Part shown: piece by piece, positions 29,346 through 38,229 of the stretch
Layout: each line of letters opens with the position of its first letter
Position numbering within the stretch: the first letter of the stretch is position 1
From: Chthonomonadaceae bacterium
GTDB lineage: Bacteria > Armatimonadota > Chthonomonadetes > Chthonomonadales > Chthonomonadaceae
Assembly: GCA_035653075.1 (NCBI GenBank)
Contig: DASRCN010000067.1
Span: forward strand, 13,233-77,232
Length of the DNA stretch: 64,000 nt
Direction of reading: 5' to 3'
Notes under the pieces: generated by a model
Databases searched by the model: none
The model's input: the letters and a program-made list of their open reading frames with translations, nothing else
What the model was told of the DNA's origin: nothing
Translations under genes and position numbers: made by a program

Positions 29346-30745
29346 CTCTCCTCCCCTGACGCTGCCGAAGTCTTCTGATCGGACGGGACCCAGCCAAGAT
29401 TGCAGATATCGCCGATGAACGGAATAGCCCCAAAGCGGCCATTCAGATAGCCTTTTTCGATTTTTAGATCTGGACGGATTTTGAATTCCGCCAATGAGTA
29501 CATATGGGACGCCCCTGACAAATCCTTTTCGACAAACCAGATCTCATCGCGACGCAAAATATCCAAATCGAGTAGACTTGTTTCATGGGTTGTGAAAATA
29601 AGTTGACCTTTGTTTGCATGATCTTCGCAATCTAAAGCCGTTTGTAGAAACAAGCGCGACAGTAGTGGATGCAATCGACGATCTAGTTCGTCAATAATGA
29701 ATACTCTTTCACGGGCCTGCTTTAAGCTAAATAGCGCAGGAGTAAGATGCATGAGGCGTTGAGTCCCATCCGACTCTTCATCAATATCAAATTTAACAAG
29801 ACGGTTATCGCTAGTCCGATGCTGTGTTAGAAGACGAATAAAGGCAATTTGTCCTTCGGATCCATGAGTAATTAGATACCTGTCTCCTTCGGGTGTGTGT
29901 ATAAGCAGCCCACCACGGTCGCCAAGTTCTGATGCTTGCTGTAGAAGTTTGTCTTTGTATTCCTCTGGCATACCTGGAAAATACTGCTCAAAATTAGCCT
30001 CTACTTCCTCAGTCGTCAAACCATCTATGCCTGTTCCTGCCGCACGCAGAAATGTTCCCAGGAAATCCGTTAATTTCGACCTTGTGTGTATATAATGTTC
30101 AAGGGCCGCACTTTCTGAATCCGCAGGAATGACTATCAGCACGTCTTTAAACCATTGATAGATTGGAAGGATTTGTGCCACATTTCTATCTACTGCTTCC
30201 GTTAAGAAGAGTTGATTAGGCCGAGTTCCCTTCGCAACAAATGACAGGAACAGTTTCTGCTCCTGACCTTTGCCGGAGAAAGTAGCACCAAATTCTACCT
30301 TTACTTTATCCCCATCCGTTATACGCTCAAAGTAACGAAGCTCTTTTTTATTTGGAGTCGCATACAGCCATTCCTCCAGTATATGACTGGAGGTTAGCAC
30401 AAATCCATAAGAGTAGAGAACGCCTTCATGAGCAAAAATAAACTCAAATCTGCTCGGCCGCATGGTAGGCGTATCAAGCTTATAGGGAGAGATAGGAATT
30501 GTTTTGTTGCTGCGTGTACCCTTGATAATGAGATTCTGTGCAAACTGAATCGCCTTCACTACATTGGATTTCCCTGATGCATTAGCGCCATAAATGGCAG
30601 CAGCCCGTAATAGAGTTGGCACCTTGCTACTGTCGTCAGCAATCAGATGATCGGGATGGCGCTGATCATCCTTTATAGCTGCCATACTAAAGGTAGTCTT
30701 GTCTCTGAAAGATCGAAAATTTTCTACCGTAAATTGTACTAGCAT
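29342..30745 (-). CDS. AAA_21/ABC-type ATPase (OLD/AbiLi/RloA-like)
   Basis: Start MLVQFTVENFRSF with GAGGAG RBS. Walker A GANASGKSN, ABC-signature-like IIDELDRRLHP, D/H-loop region LIFTTHETSLLD. Low-GC island. Confidence 0.8.
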   Translation of the reverse strand: MLVQFTVENFRSFRDKTTFSMAAIKDDQRHPDHLIADDSSKVPTLLRAAAIYGANASGKSNVVKAIQFAQNLIIKGTRSNKTIPISPYKLDTPTMRPSRFEFIFAHEGVLYSYGFVLTSSHILEEWLYATPNKKELRYFERITDGDKVKVEFGATFSGKGQEQKLFLSFVAKGTRPNQLFLTEAVDRNVAQILPIYQWFKDVLIVIPADSESAALEHYIHTRSKLTDFLGTFLRAAGTGIDGLTTEEVEANFEQYFPGMPEEYKDKLLQQASELGDRGGLLIHTPEGDRYLITHGSEGQIAFIRLLTQHRTSDNRLVKFDIDEESDGTQRLMHLTPALFSLKQARERVFIIDELDRRLHPLLSRLFLQTALDCEDHANKGQLIFTTHETSLLDLDILRRDEIWFVEKDLSGASHMYSLAEFKIRPDLKIEKGYLNGRFGAIPFIGDICNLGWVPSDQKTSAASGEER

Positions 30746-30888
30746 TTGGCTCCTCGCTAACTTGCGTGTCTCGCACAATAAGATTATACCACGTTTCCAC
30801 GAGAATAGTTTGCTTTAGGAGAAAAAATCACGCAAAATGCCATTTTCCAGGCCAACTCCATTCATTTAGCTAAACGGGTAGAAACTAT

Positions 30889-30921
30889 GACAGCCGGGGT
30901 ATGAACGATACCCCGACTGTC
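30889..30921 (-). terminator. Hairpin (GACAGCCGGGGTAT-GAACG-ATACCCCGACTGTC) just downstream of the flotillin gene stop on the minus strand
   Basis: 14-bp stem with one G-U pair, followed on the minus strand by a T-rich stretch. Confidence 0.45.
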
Positions 30922-30950
30922 GTTTAGGTGTAGAGGTGTGTTATTGAATG

Positions 30951-33050
30951 TTAAGCCTTCGGCGTGGGAACGAGGTCCTTCTTGCCGTCCGCCTTGCCCG
31001 GCTTGGCGGGAGCCTGCGTTTCCACGATCGCCTCCACCGGAGCAGGCTGGCTGGGAGCGGACGGGCCGGGCGCGGTCAGCGCCTCCTGCAGGGCATTCAG
31101 GAAGGCCGGGTTCTCGGCCAGACTGCGCGCCACCTGCTCGGTCATCTCCGGGGTGACGCGGGCGGGATCGCCGCCGGTCACTTTGGCGAGGGCGGGCTGG
31201 AGCAGGCCGCCGATCTGGGAGATCAGGCTGCCGACCGCATCGCCGCTGCCTTTGCCGTTGCCCTCCGCCGGAATGTGGCCGTTGGAAGCAATGGCGCCAT
31301 TGGCCTGCGCGCCGTTGACGAAGCCTTCGACCATCGCTCGCAGCCCGAACCCTTTTGCCATGCTGTCCAGCATCGTCGTGGCCGTTTCCGGCGTGCCGTA
31401 AAGGGTCATGTGGCCGCTGGCCAGGAAGTTGGCTAACGCCTGCGCGAAGGCGATCTGCACGTCGCGGCTGGCCTGGATGGTCAGCTTCTGGATTTCGAGC
31501 TGGATACCGGCCTCAGCGAACTCCTGCCGGTTCTCCCACTGCTGGCGCTCGACGGCTACCTTCGCCTGCTCGACGTTGACCTGCTCGCGGGCCACGTCCA
31601 CTGAGACCATCTGCTGGGCCTTCTCGCCGCGCGCCACCAGCTCTTTGGCCTGCGCTTCCGCCTCGGCGAGCTGGCGCTTGGCCTCCGCCTGCTTGGCCGC
31701 CGCTTCCTGCTCGGCCTCCGCCTGCTTGACGCGGCTGTAGGCCTCCACGTCCGCCGTGGTCTGCTGGCGCAGCTTGCCCTGCTCAATCTCCTGGCGGGCG
31801 GCGATGAGCTTCTTGTTCGCCTCGCGGTCGGCTTCCGCCAACTGCGTCACCGTCTGCACCTGCTGGCCCGCCTTCTCGCGCTCGGCGGCGGCGCGCAGCG
31901 CCTCCTCCTCGGCTTTGGCGCGGGCCGCTTCCTGCTCGGCGATGGCGATCTGCTTCTGCCGCTCGGCCAGCGATACGCTCTTCTCGCGCTCGACCGTGGC
32001 GATCTGCACCTGCTGGTCCTTGGCGATCTGGGCGGCCTGCACCGCCTGCTCCTGCTGGGCGCGGGCGACCTCGACGACCTGCTGGCGGGCGATCTCCTGC
32101 GCCTGGACCTGCTTCTCCTTCTCGATCTTGGCCAGCTCGACCTGCCGTGCCTGAGTGATCTGTGCCTCCTGAGACTCCCGCTCTTTATCGGCGCGCACCT
32201 TGGCGATCTCGGTCGCCTGCTGCGCCTCGGCTTCGGCCTGCTTGCGCTCCAACTCCAGAATCTGCTGGCGCGTCTCCACGTCTTTGAGCTTGCGGGCGCG
32301 CTCGGCCTCCCGCTCCAGATTGTTGCGCTCAACGGCTGCCGCCGCGGTGATCTCGGTGATCTTGCGCTTGCCCTGCGCGTCGAAGACGTTGTTGTCGCTC
32401 AGCTCGCCCGGATCGGTCTGGTCGAGCTCGGAGATGGTCACCGACTCCAGCAGCAGACCGTTGGCTTCCAGGTCCGTCTTAACGTGCTCCTTGACCCGCT
32501 CGGCGAACTCGTCGCGCTTGGTGTGGATCTCGAACAGGTCCATCTGCGAGGCGATGGCGCGCAGCGCGGAAACCAGCTTCTCGCTTACCAGCGCCTCGAC
32601 CGCTTCGGCATTGACGCTGCTCTGGCCGAGGGAGCGCGCGGCATTCAGAATGTGCTCGGTATCGGCCTGTACGCGAATGTAGAACTGGGCCAGGACGTTG
32701 GCGCGCAGATTGTCGTGGGTGATCAACGCGTTCACCCCGCGCGGATTGACCCCCAGCTTCATCGTCTTGAGGTTGATCTCAAGAATGTTATGGAAGAACG
32801 GGAAGACATGAATGCCCCCGTCCAGTACGACCCGGCTGCCGCCCATGCCGGTCCGCACGAACGCCTGATCGGCGCTGGTGCGCCGGTAGAACGACATGTA
32901 GGTCAGGGCAAGTCCGATCAAACCCAATGCGGCGCCGGCGATACTGAGAATGAATCGCGTCGCTCCGGGCAAGGCAATCCCCATTTGGGCGCCGAACATG
33001 CCCAGAATCATCAAGGCGATGCCCACGAGAATAACAAAAAATGCTGCCAT
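30951..33050 (-). CDS. Flotillin-family protein (SPFH/band-7 domain plus long E/A/Q-rich coiled coil)
   Basis: N-terminal TM segment then SPFH domain (...VVLDGGIHVFPFFHNILEINLKTM...). Extended EA-repeat coiled coil (...EREAERARKLKDVETRQQILELERKQAEAEAQQATE...) typical of FloT/YuaG. Confidence 0.85.
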   Translation of the reverse strand: MAAFFVILVGIALMILGMFGAQMGIALPGATRFILSIAGAALGLIGLALTYMSFYRRTSADQAFVRTGMGGSRVVLDGGIHVFPFFHNILEINLKTMKLGVNPRGVNALITHDNLRANVLAQFYIRVQADTEHILNAARSLGQSSVNAEAVEALVSEKLVSALRAIASQMDLFEIHTKRDEFAERVKEHVKTDLEANGLLLESVTISELDQTDPGELSDNNVFDAQGKRKITEITAAAAVERNNLEREAERARKLKDVETRQQILELERKQAEAEAQQATEIAKVRADKERESQEAQITQARQVELAKIEKEKQVQAQEIARQQVVEVARAQQEQAVQAAQIAKDQQVQIATVEREKSVSLAERQKQIAIAEQEAARAKAEEEALRAAAEREKAGQQVQTVTQLAEADREANKKLIAARQEIEQGKLRQQTTADVEAYSRVKQAEAEQEAAAKQAEAKRQLAEAEAQAKELVARGEKAQQMVSVDVAREQVNVEQAKVAVERQQWENRQEFAEAGIQLEIQKLTIQASRDVQIAFAQALANFLASGHMTLYGTPETATTMLDSMAKGFGLRAMVEGFVNGAQANGAIASNGHIPAEGNGKGSGDAVGSLISQIGGLLQPALAKVTGGDPARVTPEMTEQVARSLAENPAFLNALQEALTAPGPSAPSQPAPVEAIVETQAPAKPGKADGKKDLVPTPKA

Positions 33051-33096
33051 AGTGTGCCTCCTCCTTTGAAGGCTATCGAACGTTGCGTGCAGGAGA

Positions 33097-33900
33097 TCAC
33101 CGGACGGAGTCGGGGATCTCCTCGACAATCAAACGACCTTGCGTATCCATGTCCACGACGATGGCCCGATGTCCTTTTTCGATCGGCGGATGGCCGGAAG
33201 GGACCCGGCACATTTCGTCGTGAAGCGTTCCGAAGGAATCATAGATATGAATGCGTCCGGCTTCCTCGCTTACCGGGAACGCGATCGCCCCGGTGAGGCC
33301 GAACAGCTCTTGCTGCGAGACGGCAAACGACTCTTCTTTGGGCAGGACGCGCGAAAGCAGCTCCGCCGCCAGCCGGGAGCCGACGATCCCACCTCCCAGA
33401 GCGATGCCCAGGGACGGCAGCATCTGCAGCAGCGATGGCGTGGGCGTGCGCACCAGAAACTCGTTGGCCCAGAAGCCGCACAGCCCCCAGGCGATGCAGA
33501 ACGCCTCCAGGACCATCGGCGCCGGAGCGCGCCCGAAGCCGAGCAGCCCCAGCAGCAGGCCCGCCGGGGTGATAATGTTCTCTTTGGTCCCATTCGCTGT
33601 CGGATGGGCTTTTCCTCCTGGCCGGGCCGCCGCGCCGTGCGGCTGCGCATGGCCGCCCGCCGTCGCCGTCGCGTGCCCGTGAGCAGGCCCGGCGTGCCCG
33701 CCTGCCGCATGCGCGCCATGCGGAGCCGCGTGGCCGTGAACGGCGGCGTGCCCGTGGGCGGCCACATGGCCGTGACCGCCAGGGCCGGTATGATGTCCCA
33801 GGCGCAGGGAGGAGAGCAGCAGCAGGAGCAGGGCCGTGCCGAGGGGAAGCAGGAAGATCAAATAGTGCCACTGCAAGAGCAGCGTTGCATCTGTCGTCAT
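33097..33900 (-). CDS. NfeD-family membrane protein (flotillin-associated, YuaF-like) with a His-rich low-complexity insert
   Basis: Directly upstream of and co-oriented with the flotillin gene (46-nt gap). TM helices plus C-terminal OB-fold-like segment (...RAIVVDMDTQGRLIVEEIPD). Contains HGHVAAHGHAAVHGHAAPHGAHAAGGHAGPAHGH. Confidence 0.65.
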   Translation of the reverse strand: MTTDATLLLQWHYLIFLLPLGTALLLLLLSSLRLGHHTGPGGHGHVAAHGHAAVHGHAAPHGAHAAGGHAGPAHGHATATAGGHAQPHGAAARPGGKAHPTANGTKENIITPAGLLLGLLGFGRAPAPMVLEAFCIAWGLCGFWANEFLVRTPTPSLLQMLPSLGIALGGGIVGSRLAAELLSRVLPKEESFAVSQQELFGLTGAIAFPVSEEAGRIHIYDSFGTLHDEMCRVPSGHPPIEKGHRAIVVDMDTQGRLIVEEIPDSVR

Positions 33901-34090
33901 AGCGTTATGACCTCCGGACCTCCAGCCCATTCTGGAGGTTCTCTTCCATTATACGCCTTGCTTTCGTAGCTTGCAATCTATTTCTTAACACATAACGTGT
34001 TAAATTCGTCACTGGTTGCATAAAATGCGAGGACGCTCAATCTGCGCCCGTTCAATCTTTGAGTTGCCTCCGTTTGCCTGTCGGCGCGGA

Positions 34091-34119
34091 TTGAAGATTG
34101 CTGGCCGATAGAGTATAAT
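34091..34119 (+). promoter_or_regulatory. Sigma70-type promoter TTGAAG-17-TATAAT giving a roughly 330-nt leader to the 34454 CDS
   Basis: Hexamers and 17-bp spacer counted directly. An inverted repeat TTAACAC-N5-GTGTTAA lies about 80 bp upstream (about 34007-34025). Confidence 0.4.
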
Positions 34120-34453
34120 GAGGGCAACTCGACTTTTACTATTCGCGCTATCATCCGCTTTTTCATCCTTCCGTAGCTAGCGCAAGGGGTGCGTTTTCCG
34201 GATCGAAGCTAGCGCAATCGGCGTGAACGCACCCAGGGAAGGCTGTTTTTCGGCTGTCGGCGGTGGCAGTCTGCGCAGGCGGGCCTGGTTCCGTGGTTGC
34301 AGCGACTCCAGCCGTCCGATGAAACCTGAAGCGCCCGGTAAGCCGGTTCCTTTGATATTGCTGCCTGCTTCCTTAGTCGGGAAGCATCGCGCGTGCAGTA
34401 GGAATCATAGCCGGCGCAAACCGTTTGGCAAGCACAATTTAGGAGAAAATCGC

Positions 34454-37400
34454 ATGAGTCATGACGAGCTCCCGCCGGACTCGGCGCCGGCCCGTCCCCT
34501 GGGGGACAGCGCCGCGGAGTCCAGGCCGGAAGCCTCTGCGCCGGAGACGCCACCTGCCGCGCCCGCGCGCCGTCGTCGCGGAAGGACGGCGGGGTCTGCC
34601 GCCGCCTCCCATCCCGCTCCCCCCGTTTCCGAACCACCCATTTCCGAGACACCCAAGCCGCGGCGCCGTCGCAAGGCGGCGGCGCCGGAAGAGGCCGCTG
34701 CGCCGCCGGTCGTAGAGAGCCGCGCACCTGCACAGGCGCCGGAGCCGGAAGCGCCCTCCCGGCGCCCGCGCGGCGGGCGCCGTACCTCCGGCAAGCAGCC
34801 GGAACAGGCGGCTGCGCCGCTGATAGAGAACGCCGCTCCAGCGCCGGAGACACCGGCCTCGAAAGGCCGCCGCGGCCGGCGCCGCAAAGCGGAGGCCGCC
34901 CCGGCTGCCGAAGCCGCTGTGGAGGCCATCTCCCCGATGCCCGAGACGCTTCCGTCGGCGCCTCCGGAAGAGGCGACACCTCCGGCCAAAACGCCGCGCC
35001 GCCGTCGTGGGCGCAAAGGAGCCGCGGAGAGCGCAACACCGGTCGAAGCCGTCTCCGCAGAGCTGGCCGCCGAGGCGATCTCCCCGCACGTCGAGCCGGC
35101 TCCGGAAGCGGAGCGTCCGGCAGGACGGCGCTCGCGCCGCCGTCGACCCGCCCGGGAGGCCGCGCCAGCGGCAGAGGCCCCGACTGCACTCCGACAAACG
35201 GAGCTGGGGCCGGCCTGGGAGACGGGTGAGCCGATGGCCTCCACCCCTGTGGAAGCCGCTACTCCCGCTGTCAAAGAGCCCTCGCGCCGTAGGCGGCGCG
35301 GAGAGCGCGCCCGCCGCGCCGAAGAGACCGTGGAAGCGCGGGCGCCGGAAGGCGAGGAGATCGAAGAGCGCATCGACCGCTCGGTCGGCGCGCACCTCCT
35401 CTCTCGCCACGGGATGCCCGAAATCCATATCGACGGCAAGCCTTTTCCGCCCATCCTGTTTTTCGGGAACATGGAGAGCGCGTCCAGCGCGCAGCGTGTC
35501 CTCTCGGAAGTGCGCCGCGCCGCCCGCGCCGGAGTCCACCTGCACTCGACTCTCATCGAGCTGCCCTGTCCGCTCACCGAAGCGACCGACGCCCTCGACA
35601 TCATCGACGACCGCCTGCGCGAGATCCTGGAAGCCGACCCGGAAGGCTACGTCATGCCGCGCCTGCTCTTTGTCCCCAGCCGCGGCTGGCGGCGCGAGTA
35701 CCCGACTGAGATCGCCACGTATGCCGACGGCACCACCGGCGATCCCTCCATCACCAGCGAGCGATTCTGGCAGGAGGCGGAGCGATCTCTGGTCGCCCTG
35801 ATCGAGCACCTGAGGATGTCCGAGTGGGGCCAGCGGGTCTTTGCCTTCCACCTGGAGCGCGGGGAGTGGTTCCAGCCGATGAGCACGGGCTACGACCGCA
35901 GCATGGCCAACCGCGAGGCGTTTCGAGACTGGCTGCGCGAGAGGTATAAGCACAACCTCGTCTCCCTGCGCGCCGCCTGGTACGACGGCAGCGTCCAGTT
36001 CCATACCGCCGAGATCCCCGCGATGCCCGCCAAGCCGAACCCGCAGCAGGCGTTCTACGAGCCGCGGCGGGAGCGACGCATCATCGATTTCCACGAGTTC
36101 ACCGCCGAGAGCACGGCCCGGCGGCTGGTCCAGTTGGCGAAAGTGGTCAAGAAGGCCACCAACAACACGGCGCTGGTATCGGTCTGCTACGGCTACACCT
36201 TCGAGTTCGGCCATCCCTTCAGCGGGCACCTGGCGCTGAACCTGTTGCTCGCCGCGCAGGCGATCAACCTGATCTGCGGCCCGCCCTCCTATCGCGACCG
36301 CAAACCCGGCGGCGCGGCCTCCTATCCTGCCCCAGTCGACTCGCTGCCGCTGCACGGCAAGCTGTGGCTGTCGGAAGACGATACCAAGACCTATCTGTCT
36401 CCTCCGAACCAGGACCCGGAAGACTTCAATCCACGCCTGAGCGACCGCTTCCTGACCGAGCAGGCGCAGGCGCGCGCCTTCGGAAAGGCGCTGGTGCATG
36501 AGGCCGGCATCAGTTGGATGGACCTGTGGGGCGAAGGCTGGCTCGACGGCGAGGAGATCTGGAACCGCCTGGTCGGCTATACGCAGACCTATGCAGCCTG
36601 GATGAAGCACCGGGAGCGAGCGCAGCCGCCCGAGGTGGTGGCGCTGATCGGGGAGAAGAGCCTGCTGCACATCCAGCGCGGCGAGGCCTTCTTCCGCAAG
36701 CTCACCAACGGCCTGCGCGAGGTGCTGCAGCGTGCCGGGGTCCACTTCGGCCTCTATCTTCAGAGCGACCTGCTGGCCAGGGATTTCCCGACCGACGCCA
36801 AGCTCTATCTCTTCCTGACGCCCTTTCGCATGCCGTCAGAACAGCGCGCGGCCATCAAAGAGAAGCTGCATCGCGGCGGCAAGACGCTCGTCTGGCTCTA
36901 TGCGCCCGGCGCCTGTGAGGAGCGGCCCGTCGCCGCGACCGGCATGGAGGAGGGCGTGACCGACGCCATCGGAATCGCGCTGCGGCAGCAGGAATGGAAT
37001 TCGGAGATCGGCTCGCGCATCATCGAGCCGTATCATACGATCACCGAGCGGCTGCCCAGCCGTGAGATCGGCGTGCGGGAGCGCCTGAACCCCTCCTTCT
37101 ACGTGGATGATTCGGACGCGATCATGCTGGCGGAATATCAGGGCTCGGGCTTGCCATCCCTGGCGGCCCGCAACTTCGGAACGTGGCAGTCGGTCTTCGT
37201 GGGCGAGCCCACCTTGCCGCTGGAGCTGCTGCGCGGCATCTGCCGCTATGCCGGCGTTCACGTCTGGACGCCGCAGGGCGATGACGTGGTGGAGATCGGC
37301 AACGGCTGGGTCATGATCCACGCCGCCCGCGACGGTCAGCGGACGCTGCAGTTGCCGGAGGTGACCGGACTCTACGACCTGACCGAGCGGCATTGGGTGG

Positions 37401-37942
37401 GCGGCGCAACGCGGGAGCATCGCTTTTTCCTGCGGGCCGGCGCGACGCGCCTCTTTGCCGTCGGCCCCACCGAAGAGCTGGTGCGGCGCGGCCTGCCGGA
37501 CATCCCGGCGCACGGCAAGGATCGCGCGCGCGCCGTCCTCGAACCGCCCAAAGAGCGTGAAGCGCCCCGCGAAATCCACGCGGACGAGGCGGTCCCGCCC
37601 CCTTCGCTGCGAGAGGATCTGGAGACGCTGGAGGCCATCCTGAAGATGGATGTAAGCCAGTTGGAGGACCTGGAGACGAACGGAGCGGAGATGTTCGAGG
37701 GCAGTAGGATCGAAGCGTCCGGGATTGAGGCGGCCGAGCCTCAGACGGAAACGCCGGGCGAGGTGACTGGAAACGGCCGCCGTCGCCGCCGGCGGGGCGG
37801 GCGCGGGCATGGGCGGCGCCGGCAGGGAAATGCCTCGGAGCTTGCCGAGGGGGCCGGATTGGAAATGAGCGCGCCTCCTACGCCGGAAGGTACGCCCTTC
37901 GACCCGGTCCACGAAGCGCCGCCGGACGGCTCGGAGGAGTAG
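34454..37942 (+). CDS. Large (1163 aa) protein: roughly 310-aa Arg/Pro/Ala-rich disordered N-terminal region with repeated RRRRGR(K) motifs, central GH42-like (beta-galactosidase-fold) domain, and a C-terminal poly-Arg tail
   Basis: Start chosen at ATG 34454 with AGGAGA RBS (the ORF track extends further upstream). Central region ...AFHLERGEWFQP...GYDRSMANREAFRDWLRERYKHNLVSLRAAWYDGSVQF... parallels the GH42 block (HIDNEYG...AFREWLKxKYGTxEALNxAWGTxFWS). N-terminus has at least 6 RRRRG-type motifs interspersed with PAPE/AAPA repeats. C-terminus has GNGRRRRRRGGRGHGRRRQG. Confidence 0.7.
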   Translation: MSHDELPPDSAPARPLGDSAAESRPEASAPETPPAAPARRRRGRTAGSAAASHPAPPVSEPPISETPKPRRRRKAAAPEEAAAPPVVESRAPAQAPEPEAPSRRPRGGRRTSGKQPEQAAAPLIENAAPAPETPASKGRRGRRRKAEAAPAAEAAVEAISPMPETLPSAPPEEATPPAKTPRRRRGRKGAAESATPVEAVSAELAAEAISPHVEPAPEAERPAGRRSRRRRPAREAAPAAEAPTALRQTELGPAWETGEPMASTPVEAATPAVKEPSRRRRRGERARRAEETVEARAPEGEEIEERIDRSVGAHLLSRHGMPEIHIDGKPFPPILFFGNMESASSAQRVLSEVRRAARAGVHLHSTLIELPCPLTEATDALDIIDDRLREILEADPEGYVMPRLLFVPSRGWRREYPTEIATYADGTTGDPSITSERFWQEAERSLVALIEHLRMSEWGQRVFAFHLERGEWFQPMSTGYDRSMANREAFRDWLRERYKHNLVSLRAAWYDGSVQFHTAEIPAMPAKPNPQQAFYEPRRERRIIDFHEFTAESTARRLVQLAKVVKKATNNTALVSVCYGYTFEFGHPFSGHLALNLLLAAQAINLICGPPSYRDRKPGGAASYPAPVDSLPLHGKLWLSEDDTKTYLSPPNQDPEDFNPRLSDRFLTEQAQARAFGKALVHEAGISWMDLWGEGWLDGEEIWNRLVGYTQTYAAWMKHRERAQPPEVVALIGEKSLLHIQRGEAFFRKLTNGLREVLQRAGVHFGLYLQSDLLARDFPTDAKLYLFLTPFRMPSEQRAAIKEKLHRGGKTLVWLYAPGACEERPVAATGMEEGVTDAIGIALRQQEWNSEIGSRIIEPYHTITERLPSREIGVRERLNPSFYVDDSDAIMLAEYQGSGLPSLAARNFGTWQSVFVGEPTLPLELLRGICRYAGVHVWTPQGDDVVEIGNGWVMIHAARDGQRTLQLPEVTGLYDLTERHWVGGATREHRFFLRAGATRLFAVGPTEELVRRGLPDIPAHGKDRARAVLEPPKEREAPREIHADEAVPPPSLREDLETLEAILKMDVSQLEDLETNGAEMFEGSRIEASGIEAAEPQTETPGEVTGNGRRRRRRGGRGHGRRRQGNASELAEGAGLEMSAPPTPEGTPFDPVHEAPPDGSEE

Positions 37943-37945
37943 CCG

Positions 37946-38164
37946 ATGTCCTCCCAGCCACCGGGCGCGAAGCAGATGATCGCCTTCAAGATCGGCGCCC
38001 GCGCCCGGAAGTTCGCTCTGGAAGGCTGCCCCATCGAAGGCTATGAGATCCTCTATACGGCCCTCGCGGAAGCCAAAGAGACGGACCCAGAGCTTTATAC
38101 GCTCCTGCAGACCGAGCTGGAAAAGTACGAGCGCCGTGTCGCCTCCCTCGACGAAGAAATTTAA
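37946..38164 (+). CDS. Small hypothetical protein (72 aa), translationally coupled to the large upstream gene
   Basis: ATG 4 nt after the upstream stop. Ends immediately before a palindromic terminator. No family recognised. Confidence 0.5.
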   Translation: MSSQPPGAKQMIAFKIGARARKFALEGCPIEGYEILYTALAEAKETDPELYTLLQTELEKYERRVASLDEEI

Positions 38165-38200
38165 CCACCCGCTCGCTACGCGAGCGGGTGGTTTATTTCC
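38165..38200. terminator. Bidirectional rho-independent terminator (CCACCCGCTCGC-TACG-CGAGCGGGTGG then TTTATTTCC) between convergent genes
   Basis: Perfect 11-12-bp GC-rich stem with T-rich flanks on both strands. The same palindrome sequence recurs, split, at the ends of the element at 63297-63608. Confidence 0.6.
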
Positions 38201-38229
38201 TCCAAGCTGACAGCAGGTACACGCTATGG

